Positions 11,408 to 23,481 of a stretch of 64,000 nt of DNA are shown piece by piece (position 1 is the stretch's first letter; each line of letters begins with the position of its first letter). The stretch comes from Podarcis erhardii (Eukaryota): NCBI GenBank assembly GCA_964252035.1, contig OZ176204.1. One strand, 5' to 3'. The translations under genes and the position numbers were made by a program. The notes under the pieces are model-generated. The model was not told the origin of the DNA and ran no database searches. It worked only from the letters and a program-made list of their open reading frames with translations.

Positions 11408-14400
11408 CTTTGAACAAGCAAACAAACAAATGAAACAAGCAATAAGGGGCTACATTAATACACTAAGCTAAATCATGGTTTGCTTTACCACAGTTTGTTT
11501 AACAAATCACGTGTCATCTCATAAACAAGAACATAAGCCATGGCTTACTTCTTCAAAGCTTGGTTTGTTTTCCAGCTCCTCTCACCTTGTGGCTTTCTGC
11601 TTGGCACGTGTCTGGGGTGAGCAAACAAACATGGCTGAGACACAATACCAGGCCATGATTGGTAAGCCGACGATTAACCATGGCTTCACACGGCAGTTTG
11701 TTGGCAGGAAACAAACCTTGGTTCATCTACTGGACTAGTTTCACATGCTCAAACAAATCATGGTTAGGCTAAACATATCACAGGTTACCATTATTTGAGA
11801 AACTAGGCCATTGTGTCAAAGTCCAACTATTCAACATACTTATTTTTAGAAAATATATAAGAGTGTTTCTACTCCCTGTCCAGTCACAGCCCACCCAATT
11901 TCAGAAGAATACTGAAATCAAGCTTCTAAAGGTAAGCACCAGAACTGTGAATTCTCCTTGGAAATACAATAGCACCTACTGCAGTTGTTTGACAAGTAGT
12001 GAAATATGCTAGTGTTGGTTGGTGCCATTTAATGATCAAGCTCTCTGTTAGATTAACTGAAGCTTCAAAAAAGTCTTCAAAAGTCATTCACCAGGGTGGA
12101 TTAAATGCCTGAGACCAGACCTGAGACGGCTCCAGATAATCAGCCTCAGTCAAAAGTGCTTGGAGTAGCACGGCAACCACTTGCAGTGGTTTTATATCTG
12201 AGTATTCAGCCCCTTGAACTTAGGTTGAGAAATACAGAACATCTGTACAGGGTAAAATCCCAGCTCAACCTTGAAGCTTGCTGGGTTTATTTTAATCTTA
12301 TTTAATAAAATGCACATACACTTGATTGTGAAAAGCTTCAACGTAGTTTACAAAACCATGAATGGTGTTTCTTAAACTATAGTCTATAGGCTAATGGGTG
12401 GGGTCCGTGGGTATTCTGCTGGTCTGGAAGACCCATTTAAAGCAAAAGGAAAGCTTTCTCCAGAACGGTGACAAACACAGGATTCAAATGAAGGGTGGTT
12501 CCAAACAGTGAACATTTTTGGGTGAGATTCAATCACATTTGCACAATTTGTTGGGAGGCCTTGAGGAATACACCCATCCCCCCGCCCCAAATACAGGACT
12601 TTTTGAGATAAGGAAAGTGACAAGAAAACACACTGGGAAATATGGGACACTTGGCTTTGATGCAGCAGCATCTAACCTCCCAGCAAACAGATCAGAATGA
12701 ATGCTTATTAAACAGCTAATGCCATCTAATTTCCCTACAAACAAATCAGGATGAATGGTCAATGAGCAGGTTAGCTGGAAGTACTCTTAAGTTTCTTCCA
12801 GCACTCCTTGCAAAGTGAGGGGGGGAAATATGCATGAGTGAAACAGGGCTGCCTGCCACAAATACTTGCACTGCTGTGCTGAGTTCTTCTATTCCTCTCT
12901 ACAATATGTAATACAATTTACCTCATGTTCTGATGTCCCCATAATATGCATTTCCTCATTCCACGTTAGAGCTAATTGTGTGGAATGGGGAAAAATGCAC
13001 GACACGGCAATGGCAGGAACAGAGTAAGCTGTGTCTATGTTACCGAAGGGGAGAACAAGAATTCAACATGGGGCGTTTTGGGCAGTTGTTCAATTTTATT
13101 TTATTTTATTATAATATGCAGCTCTGCCCTGAATATGGCAGGTGAGGGGAAAGGGATGTGTTGCTAGGTAACAAACAAGGAGGTTCCACTGAGAGTCTTC
13201 ATGGACAAATATCTGAGGGCGGTTTTGGATGCTGCTGAGGAAGTGTTAGCTAAATACAGTCACTTCTGTAATCAACTGCCAATGCTTCATGAAATGTTCA
13301 AAGGGGAACTTATTCAGGCTACAGATGTAAATCTCCCCCCATGAAAATTCCACTCTGAATATTAGCAAGTGCTGCCAGCTGAACAGAGATGAGACTGTGT
13401 ATCTTCCTAGCAATGTCTGAAGCCGCTATCAGTGGCATAGAGCACACACAAGCCCAGCAATGTTAGGCCTTTTCTTTACCCTGATCATTTAGTGATTCAG
13501 TTGCACAGGCATATATAAGGAGCCAAGTTTTAACCCAAAGGTCCTTCAAGCAAGCTAATAGGTGGTGGGTGTAATGTAAGAAAACACAGTGGTGTCCAAA
13601 GAAGAAGAAAATCACAACAGTGGGAATACATAATCCAACAAAGTTGAAGGATTACTGAGTTCTAAAGCAAGTTATTATCTGTCTTAATATTCCCTCTGAA
13701 GCTGCTGCTTTGATGGAAGTTACTACAGCCAGCAATCACTGTCAGAAATTGGCTCAGAACTTGAGATATTGCATAGTTCAAATAATTTCATGGTGTGTGC
13801 ATATAATGGAATATCACTTGATACTAAAGGAAACACAACTCAATGGTTCCCTCTGGCGTTCTTATGGCTTATTGCAAGGTTCTTCTTCCTTCAAAGCATC
13901 ATTGGTGACACTGGAGTCATGTATATGAGCCCAAAGAATAATGCACTTGATGTAGGCAGCCTCTGTTACAAGCATATCACATATATTTCTTAAAAAGCTA
14001 GGGAAAAATAAGAACACAATTTATTAACACGGCAGAGTATTTTTTAAAGGAATGCCAAGAGTGTCTTCTAAAAGGGTGAAGTACATTTGTGCCCTCTGCT
14101 GGATTTTTTTATTACTTTAGAAAGTTTGGATTTTTGGTGGGGAGACTGTGTGTATATGTGTGTGTAGGTTGAAATTCCAGCATATCAAATGAGGGAAATC
14201 TGAAATTCTAAGCCCTAACAACTGGATCAATGTAAGTGACCGCCCACCCCCAAATTTAAACAATACTGACCAGCCCTGAATGAATATCTCTATGCAGTCA
14301 CCAGCAATCCTGAACATGAGGATCACAGATATGGCCAGCAGAAATCCCAGCGATTGCAAAGGCTATAATGGTGGTACCTTGTTAAAGACTTTGTATTTGT

Positions 14401-14819
14401 CTATTTTAGATGTATGCCAAAAACTTCTCAATACTGAGTTCATCAAGGTCCATTAGGTTTTATTTCCCTTGTCCACCACAGGCTGAAGCTGACAAGGTGC
14501 AATTTTTCCTCCCCATGCAAAGTGGTCCCAAATAGCAGCAAATCAAACCACATTTCCCACAACTCAGTTATAGGCCTATGGTAACTCCATGGTGACATTG
14601 TAAGTAAGGGCTGATTCACATTTTACTTTTTGAACTTCAGTACAAAATGCATCCAATTTTAAATAGCAAAATGCACAAGAGATACTATATATAATTAAAT
14701 GGTCAACTTTCAGGATAATAAACAATGAAATAGTAATTAGCAATTATAACCCTGTTTTCATGTTTATTGTTGACTGTTTGATTTAAGATGAACTGAAATA
14801 AATATTTCTGATGTGTCTA

Positions 14820-16198
14820 GCAGGCTTTACAATCCTAGCCTCCATGGGGCTGTCCCTGAATAAGTTTGGCCCAACTCATAGCCGCGGACATGCCTTAGAC
14901 CTGGTGTCCACCTCTACAGACATTGATGATCTGACACTAAGTAAACATGAAACGAAAGAAGTGCCATGGTCAGATCACTTCCTGGTGCAACAGGACTCTG
15001 TGACCCTTCCCCTCTGCAGGGAGCTGGGACAAATTTGGATGGTACATCCTCACCACTTAATGGTTCCAAATGGCTTCCAAAGAGTGGTGGGGGATGTTTT
15101 ATCCCATGTTGATGGCCTTTCAATTAATTCCCTGGTGGCCTGCTAGAATGTGGAGTTAACCAGGGCTATTGACTGTCTGGCTCCAAAGCGCCCTCTCCAA
15201 CTGCTTGGAGCCTGGACGGCCCTGTGGTTTTCCCTGGAGCTTAGGGCGATGAAACAATCACCGAGACGGCTAGAGTGCTGGTAGAGGAAAACTCATTCTG
15301 AATCGGACCGAACACAGGTTAGAGCTCAACGCCAAGCCTACCAAGTGGTGATAGTGATGGCAAAGAGGTTATCTCCTGCTTGGACTACTGCAATGCGCTC
15401 TACATGGGGCTACCTTTGAATGGTGACCTGGAAACTACAACTACCGTATTTTTCGCTCTATAAGACGCACCAGACCATAAGACGCACCTAGTTTTTGGAG
15501 GAGGAAAACAAGAAAAAAAAAAATCTGAATCTCAGAAGCCAGAACAGCAAGAGGGATCGCTGTGCAGCGAAAGCAGCAATCCCTCTTGCTGTTCTGGCTT
15601 CTGGGATAGCTGTGCAGCCTGCATTCGCTCCATAAGATGCACACACATTTCCCCTTACTTTTTAGAAGGGAAAAAGCGAGTCTTATAGAGCAAAAAATAC
15701 GGTAATCCAGAATGTGGCAGCTAGACTGGTGACTGGGAGTGGCTGCCAGGACCACATAACACCTGTCCTAAAGGATCTTCATTTGCTCTTAGTGTGTTTC
15801 TGAGCACAATTCAAAGTGTTGGTGCTGACCTTTAAAGCCCTAAATGGCCTCGGCCCAGTATACCTGAAGAAGCGTCTCCACCCCCATCATACAGCCTGGA
15901 CACAGAGGTCCAGTGCTGAGGGCCTTCTGCTGGTCCCTCACTGCAAGAAGGTTACAGGGAGCCAGTCAGAGGGCCTTCTTGGTAGTGGCGCCTGCCCTGT
16001 GGAACGCCCTCGCATCAGATGTCAAGGAAATAAACAACTACCTGACTTTTAGAAGACATCTGAAAGCAGCCCTGTTTAGGGAAGTTTTTAATGTTTGATG
16101 TTTTAGAATGTTCTAATATATGCTGTGAGCTGTCCAGAGTGACTGGAGAAACCCAGCCAGATGGGTGTGGTATTAATAATAATAATAATAATAATAGT
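14820..16198 (+). mobile_element. L2/CR1-clade LINE remnant, internally deleted and interrupted by a MITE
   Basis: Endonuclease-like GPTHSRGHALDLV...SDHFLV, an RT C-terminal segment (ctggactactgcaatgcgctctacatggggctacc; LVLTFKALNGLGPVYLK) and an (AAT)n tail. Confidence 0.8.
15444..15702. mobile_element. Tc1/mariner-type MITE (CCGTATTTTT TIR, TA TSD) inside the L2 remnant
   Basis: ta|ccgtattttt...aaaaaatacgg|ta splits the LINE sequence gaaactacaacta/atccagaatgtgg. Confidence 0.85.
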
Positions 16199-18045
16199 TA
16201 TTGTCTGGAGACAGTGTGCTACAATGCATGTGCTAATGCACTCTGAAAGCCCAGGCAGGTACAATAATGGTGGTATACACCTCTTTCTTATGCTGACATG
16301 GTGACCCTGTTGCTAGACATGCATATGTCATGCAAGACATGCTCAAAAGTCTCGCAATTCACCATGCTCCAGTGCGGTACCAGTCTAGCTCTTGTCTGTA
16401 GCCTGCCTTCTCTTGCTACCAAAGTACCCCAGCCACTATAGACAACACCAGGAATCCTTACCATCCATTCATGGCTCAGCAGCTCATGATTGCTTACTCT
16501 GCAGCCTTAGATCAGGATGTGAAAAACTGGGAGCATGTACAGAGCCACTGATACCTTCTGTACCTTCCCTAACTTGTGTGTCTGTTTCCACCAACCTTGT
16601 GAAATATCAGGAAGGACATCCAAGTTTGCTTTCTGTCTGCCTACTAACTTTCTCTTACTTAGTCCTCAAACATCTGTTTCCAAATGTTTCCATTTCCCCC
16701 TATGTGCCTGACTCTGCACCCATTTCTCCAGAGATTTCTCTCCCTGCTGCCCCCACCTTCCCACCATCTCTCTCTTTCTCCCTCTCTCCCTCTCCCTTTC
16801 CTCCCAGATTATTTGTGCAGGGCCAGGACCAGACCATTTAAAAAGAAAACAGAAAGGAGGTAACTCTAGAAACAGAGGGGTACTACATTAAAGATAAGAT
16901 CTTTAAAGTAAGACATTGAAGACAAAAGATGCGGGCCAAGTAATAAACAGGAGTGGGGAGAAAGTTGAAGAGCTGAAGACGGGCAAGAACTGCATGCCAG
17001 AGTCCCTCCTCGTGTCTCTCCCCCACCCTCCCCCCAATTGTTGGTCCCAGATCAGCAGAGGAGTAACTTGAAGGCTGGCATTCAATGAATAGAAGCCAGT
17101 GGCCAGACTGTACCATTCCAACTTTCAGCAGGGGATGGAACAGCTGCTAGAGGTAAAGAATCACAGTTCATGACAGCTTCCTATCTCAAAAGTTGTTGCT
17201 TCCATGTCCATCAAGAAAGTAAGTGTTTGATGCTCAAAGGCCTGCTCCTCTGCATCGTCACTAGCTGTCTAGTGTTTGCTGCTACGTCTAAGTTCCTTTG
17301 TTTCTGTTCCCTCCATCCCCCTTTCCTCTGCCTGCCCTATGTTCTCTTCACCCCTCCCCCAAGTTGTCAGGGGCTGGAAGACAACAGAGGCTACACAAGA
17401 GCCCAGGGATGAAGAACAGAAGACGAAATCCCCCTTAAAAGCTGAAGGAGGGCAGGAAGAAAAAAAAGAAGAAGGTAAAATTGTCTTAGAAATATAGCCA
17501 GGGCCCAAAAGCTTTCCTGCAGCTAGGGTGATGCAGTTTCCCTCCAGGAATATCTTCCAAGAAAAAGGTTGGTGCATTAAAAGAGAAGCCACTCCATTTG
17601 CCTGTTCCACCTTTGCTATTTTGACCTCAGAGAATTCTTTTTGAAGGAGTGTGAGGGAGATTGAGGCTTCCACTCAGGGGGAAGATGTGAAGTTTGTCTG
17701 GGATGAATAACAGGGCAAATCAGCGAGCGCTGCTCAAGTGAGGGCCACTTCACAAATTACTTTGGGAAGGAACAGACACGTGTAAGTGTCTTAAAATGCA
17801 TGTTGCATGAAACAAGGGAAAGCACAGACCGTGCAAGACCTCCTGACCTGCTTCAAAGAAGTTTGCTGTACATTACCACCACTTCTGATATATATAACTT
17901 GTAAGCAAGTGGCCAGAAAATGGCTGGAGTTGCATGTTTTGTGATGTCACGTGTGAATTTGAAATGCATCTCATCGAGCTAAAAGAAGCCTTTGTGTCTC
18001 CATTTACTTCTACTTGACATAGGTATTGAAAGTGTATGGTGGATT

Positions 18046-18046
18046 T

Positions 18047-18102
<56 letters not shown>
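18046..18102. repeat. Compound (TA)n(GA)n microsatellite
   Basis: Direct reading. Confidence 0.95.
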
Positions 18103-18105
<3 letters not shown>

Positions 18106-19570
18106 TGCGAGCGCTTCCCTTCTCTTTTCATCCTCTCAGGCGAAATGCAATTGCTTGTCTTAAATCTGATCATTATTATTTTGCAGAAAAAAAGCACTGA
18201 GAGGGGATGGTGGAGTATAGAAGATTGTTATTTGCATTCATTCTGTCAATAGGCAAACTCACAAAATATGTTGGGGCTCTTCTTTGTGCATCGGTTGCCA
18301 AATACCTTGAAATTCTTGGGTCCAATTCAGTTTATGCAGCAAGTGAGCTTGCTGAAAATAAATGCCACCAGAGACAGCAAGCAAGAGTTCTGGTGGGAAT
18401 AAATGCATACAGAAAACAGACCGCCTAGGAGAGGAAAACTTTTCCAGGGGAGGAAGGAGACTCAGTGTTGAAGTGACATTTAAGTAAGATAAATGGTCTT
18501 AAGAAGTGATCTGCAAGTGCCATGAACAAGCAGAATGACAGCTTGATACAGCATCACAGGGGAACTGAATGAGAATAGAGCACATTGAACCTCAAGACTG
18601 GCAATTTGCCATATTTCTTTGTCATACTAAATAAGGCACTGTTGAATGTAAGTATTCCAGAAGATGATTCCATTATAGAATATTACAGGATTATTGATTG
18701 AATATTTTTTTAAAAAAAAAAAATACAGGTGTGTGTATGTGTGTGGTGGTTTTATACACTAGAAAAATTGGGTTTGCAGACACTTGGTTTGGGGAGAGAA
18801 AGCCCTGTGAACATGTTTTGAAAGTTGCAACTGTAAAAGGTTTTAAAGTTGTTAGTGTATAAAGCAACTTTAGCATATGGTTGCTGCTTCCGGCTGTACA
18901 GCCTTTCAAAACTGCGCTGCCAATATCCATCAGTACTGCTAGTCACAAGCAAATATTATCCAATAATCAAGGAACAAGCATGCAGCCCTTCTCACCCACA
19001 GATTTTAAAAGTACCCCCCCCCCCGAGACAAGTATCTGTTTTGCAGACAAAAGAACTGTCTAACATGGATCATCCAGCGGAACTCTAGAAGACTATTATT
19101 TCTTAGATTGTTATTGTTAATTGTATATCAGACTTGTGAAAACATCACTGGTAAAAGGGGAAGAAACTGGTCTCAGAGGATTCACCTGTTCAAAGCTGCA
19201 GAGGCTGTTCCACTTAAAGGATCCAGGGGTGTGGGGAGACTGGGCTTGGGAGAAGCATGGACCAATCCCCCCACATCCACCAATAAATACTGGATGCCAA
19301 TAAATACTAGAAACAAGATTTGGTGCTTAGCATGCATTGACAAGTTTTGTTTCCCCCCCAGAGCTTGTCAATGCTTGCTGAAAGCCAAATCCTATGCATA
19401 AAATCAGCTAGCCAAAAATTAAGGATCTGCCATGTGCACATGCTCAGGTACCTGTGCAAATTGCTGTTCTGTCAGGAACAGTAAAAGCTGCTGCTTATCT
19501 CACAAAGAATTCAAAGACAGCGCCCATTTGGATATATTAACATATATCAACGAATGCAAGTTTAGAAGTA

Positions 19571-19812
19571 TAGTGGTACCTCGGGTTACATACGCTTCAG
19601 GTTACATACGCTTCAGGTTACAGATTCCGCTAACCCAGAAACAGTACCTCGGGTTAAGAACTTTGCTTCAGGATGAGAACAGAAATCGTGCTTCAGCAGC
19701 GCGGCAGCAGCAGGAGGCCCCATTAGCTAAAGTGCTGCTTCAGGTTAAAAACAGTTTCAGGTTAAGAACAGACCTCTGGAATGAATTAAGTACTTAACCT
19801 GAGGTACCACTG
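19571..19812. mobile_element. Tc1/mariner-type MITE (CAGTGGTACCTC family)
   Basis: ta|tagtggtacctcggg ... gaggtaccactg|ta. Confidence 0.9.
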
Positions 19813-21885
19813 TATCTGTTTTACGGTATATCTTCATGGCTGATCTAAAGGAAGTTGATTGTGTACGACAACACTTGAAACGATCCTCAAAGGACTTGGT
19901 CACTTATTCCGCAGCTTGTAGGGCCATAAAAAAGTACGGTTAAGCTCCCTGACCATTTTTATAATGCGGTTTCTATTTTGTGTGTGTGTGTGTGTGTTTT
20001 GCCACAAACTTCAAAATTCACTCCAGTTTTACTGTGGATACAAGTTCAGTGACATTTTAAAATCAGCCCAGATGTTGTTTTTTAAAGAAAGAATTCTGGA
20101 ACAGGGTAACAGTTCATAGGATCATACAAATGCAGAGTTGGAAGGGACCCTGAGGATCCTCTAGTCCAACCCCCTGCATTGCAGGACTTTCCAAATGGCT
20201 GGAGTGGTCCACAGGGTGAGCAAGCACTTATTGGTTACAGCCACCCTGTGGAGGTGTGATAACAGGGAATAAAGTCCCAACAGCAGTCTATGCTGTGCCC
20301 GTAAGTGCAGAATAGACATTTAGTTCCCCAGAGCCAATCAGAGGCCAAACCACATGTGCAAGATCAGTAACTGGATCTCCCAACTATTTGTTATTATTTG
20401 AATATAGCTACAGAGTGAGAGATTCCCTGGATCCCTCTTACCAGCAAGAGCCTGATTACTACAAAGCAGCAAAGTCATCTGCATGTTTTTACTTATCTCT
20501 CCCCTGCCCCCATTTCTCCAAATAAATATGCCCTGCATGTTTGAACTCTTTGTCCAAAACAAGCAAATGTTTGGTGGGCAGGGTGAGTGTCAGAGGGAAT
20601 GTTAATTTGGGCATAATGGAGCAGGGCCACATGCTAATGGTGAGATCTTAGGAAACGTCTTCAGCAAGTTGTTTTCAAAGGCTAGCCTTAGGGTTTGTTT
20701 TGTATTGTTTTCTGTGCTCAGTGAAGTCCAATGCCAGGTACTTATTTGCTCAGTCCTCCCAGTGCCTCCTCCCTCTGCACAGGCAAAAAATTAATCACAC
20801 CAGGCCTGACATTTAGGAAAGCCCTCTCTGTAATCTTGACCACAGCAGGGATAGTACCAGACAATTAAATATCCATTCCAAAGCCCATATTTCTGTGAGG
20901 GGGCACTGCACTGTTCTAGGACCAACTCTTATTTATTCTTTATTTCCCCCTGCTGCGTTGGCATTGTGAGCACTCAGTAGAATTATGCCATAGCTCCCGT
21001 TTGCTGAACTGAGTCTGGAAACAGTCAGACAGGAAGACGTACCGGTGGTTGCAAGGTAGGGATGGACCTCTTTGGGAAAATTATGATGATTAAATTTCAT
21101 TGTTTGTTAATGGTTGAAGAAGTGCAATGAAATAGAAGGCAAGGCTGGAGTGAGGTGGGGGCAAATGCTACCTTTTATTCTGCACAGAGAGGTATGCGGA
21201 GAGTAAAAAAAATGCAACGTTTTCACTCCACTGCTGAAGTGTGCATATGGGGGTAGAAAGAGCTCTCCATCTCAATGCTGGGAACCACAGTGCTGATATT
21301 GTGAAATAATGCTTCAGGGCCTGGCAGGCCACTTCCTGCCACTTGGTGGGCTGGATCTGGGCTAGCCATCCCAGCTATATTATATATACCAGGGGTGAAG
21401 AAGCTTTTGCAGGACAAGGCTGAATTCCCTTGCATAATTCCCTTCCAGCAGCCACGTTCTGGTGGTGGATGGGGCCAGAGGCAAAAGCACAGGGATTACG
21501 ACTCTTACACCCTTTGCACGTCAAGCTACATTTCAACCACGCAACAGTTGGAGGGTTACACACAACCCTCCCCATCTGGGCAAGCAGAAGGCATAGTGAC
21601 AGCTCAAGGACACTTTCCAGCTAGGCAAAAACACTTGAGGAATATGCAGATCCATCTCTACTAGAGGAAGGACTGGTGGATTCTAAGCAAAGTTCTGCCA
21701 GTGGATCCCCGTCGCAAGAAGCATGGGACTACTGCACTGAGTCCGTTTATTTATAATTAGGGTTTGGGGTTTTTGTTGTTATCCTTGACGGTTTTACACA
21801 CACAAGGCAGCTGATTCTTCTCTCACAGTTTGCCAGTGATTCCAGTTCTCTGACTCCACTCTTGTTGCTGTGTCTTGTAGGAAAG

Positions 21886-22305
21886 ATGAGCACAATGGCT
21901 GCTGCCAACGAGACCTCTCCAACTGCCAGGGTACTTGCATTTCTTAATGCCACCACTGAGCTGGTCCCTTTAAGCCCTGAGCCGACTGGAGAGAAGCCCG
22001 ACTCCTTGCCTATCATCATCGGTCTCATCTGCATCTTCCTCCTCCTGGCTACCTGCCTCGTCTTTATCACTCTGTGCAAGCCAGCAGCTCTAGATCAATC
22101 TTTCTACGGGCCGCATGAATGTATGCCGTACCACCCTGAGAATGCCAGTGAGCCGCAGCTCAGGCTATGGAAACGTCTGGGGTCACTCAGGCATTCCATA
22201 CGCAGCGTCAAGCGCAGCCGGCCCATTTCCCAAGTCCACGAAACTTGTTCAATAAAAGCACCTGTAATCCAGGACTGGAACATCATGGAGTCAACTGAAT
22301 TGTGA
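21886..22305 (+). CDS. C10orf105: C10orf105-like single-pass membrane protein (139 aa), nested antisense in CDH23 intron ~28
   Basis: Acceptor tgtcttgtag|gaaag at 21880/81, then ATG at 21886 (second ATG with stronger Kozak at 21895). TM segment LPIIIGLICIFLLLATCLVFITLC is followed by KPAALD, HECMP, SEPQLRLWKRLGSLR and MEST, matching recalled human C10orf105. Confidence 0.92.
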   Translation: MSTMAAANETSPTARVLAFLNATTELVPLSPEPTGEKPDSLPIIIGLICIFLLLATCLVFITLCKPAALDQSFYGPHECMPYHPENASEPQLRLWKRLGSLRHSIRSVKRSRPISQVHETCSIKAPVIQDWNIMESTEL

Positions 22306-23300
22306 CTCATCTATTACCTTCCGTGATTCAGCTGCATCCCGCACATTGTTACCTGACCTCAGATATAGTCTTAAGCTCTTTCGGAGAATCACAGAACAAC
22401 AAGGATGGGAGAATTGGAGAAGCACAGTGGTCATTACATACCTAACTATGGGTAGAAGCAAACACTTGCAGTGCCTGATCGGTATATGTTTAAGCTATAT
22501 TGTAAAGTTGAAGAAACTTTTTTAAAGGTGATGAGGCACTCCAAAGCGTCCTGGTTCCATTTGTGTCAACGGTCATTTGCTCCCCCAAACTCTTTAATTT
22601 TATGACAGCAGAAAGGTTTGCCAAAGACAAGAGAAAGACTCGCAGCGAGCTTGCCAGATGAATGAAAGTGGATATGGTTCTCTTGAGATGTGCCGGCAAT
22701 GACTCATTGGCAACGTTCACTTTGATTCCAGAGCTTTAGCCAAAACTAGCTGGGTGAAGCTGAGGGCTACTCAATCGTATCTGGGGGCCTTCATGAACAA
22801 GCACATTGCATTATCACACATTTAAGTCAGCCACAGGATGATGCTGTGGTAAGTTGCTTTTTTAGGAGCAGCACAATATTCTATTGGGATTTTCACTTTT
22901 TCCAAACACCTGGGAGTTACACTGCAAGATGAGGCACAGCCACCTAAGAGCTAAAGATTTTAAAGATTTACAAAACTGCAGATGAACTTCTGCTCTTTAT
23001 CACTTTTTTAAAAAAAGATCTATAGAAATTGGACAGTAGGGGAGAGCACAGCAAAGAAAAAAAGAAGAAGACTAAATTCTAATGGCAAAAGGTTCTGTGA
23101 CAGCAGAACAGTAATAAATAAACAAGATGAATGCCACAAGTAACATCCATAGGAGAAGCTGGTGCATCCACACTGCATACAGCATTAACAAATGCAACAA
23201 TTTTAGGCAGGGGAAGGAGTATAATAGTTATCTTGGTGCAGATTATTGTACTTTCAGTGCTTGGGTGGTACAATGGAATCACAAAAGTATTACCATTCAT

Positions 23301-23481
23301 GGGAAGGGCCACAGCTCAGTGGCAGAACAAACAGTTTGGCACTCAAAGAGTCCCAGGTTCAGTCCCTGGTATCTCCAGTCAGGGCTGGGGAAGACCACCA
23401 TTTAAGTGCTGCCACCGGACACTGGAAATAATATTGAGCTAAATGGGCCAGTGGTTTGACTTGGGATAAGGCTACTTCCAC
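23301..23481 (+). mobile_element. tRNA-derived SINE
   Basis: A-box-like cagctcagtggcag and B-box-like ggttcagtccc, followed by a non-tRNA body; no intact cloverleaf. Confidence 0.65.

Noticed and set aside
21862-21885. Upstream extension of the C10orf105 ORF (MLLCLVGK) in the ORF track
   Set aside because: Starts at a TTG within a polypyrimidine tract and crosses the splice acceptor at 21880; the homologous start is ATG 21886 or 21895.
22251-22256. AATAAA in the nested gene
   Set aside because: Inside the CDS. Better but unproven candidates are at ~23113-23122.
23301-23375. tRNA gene
   Set aside because: A/B boxes present but no intact cloverleaf, and it continues into a SINE body.
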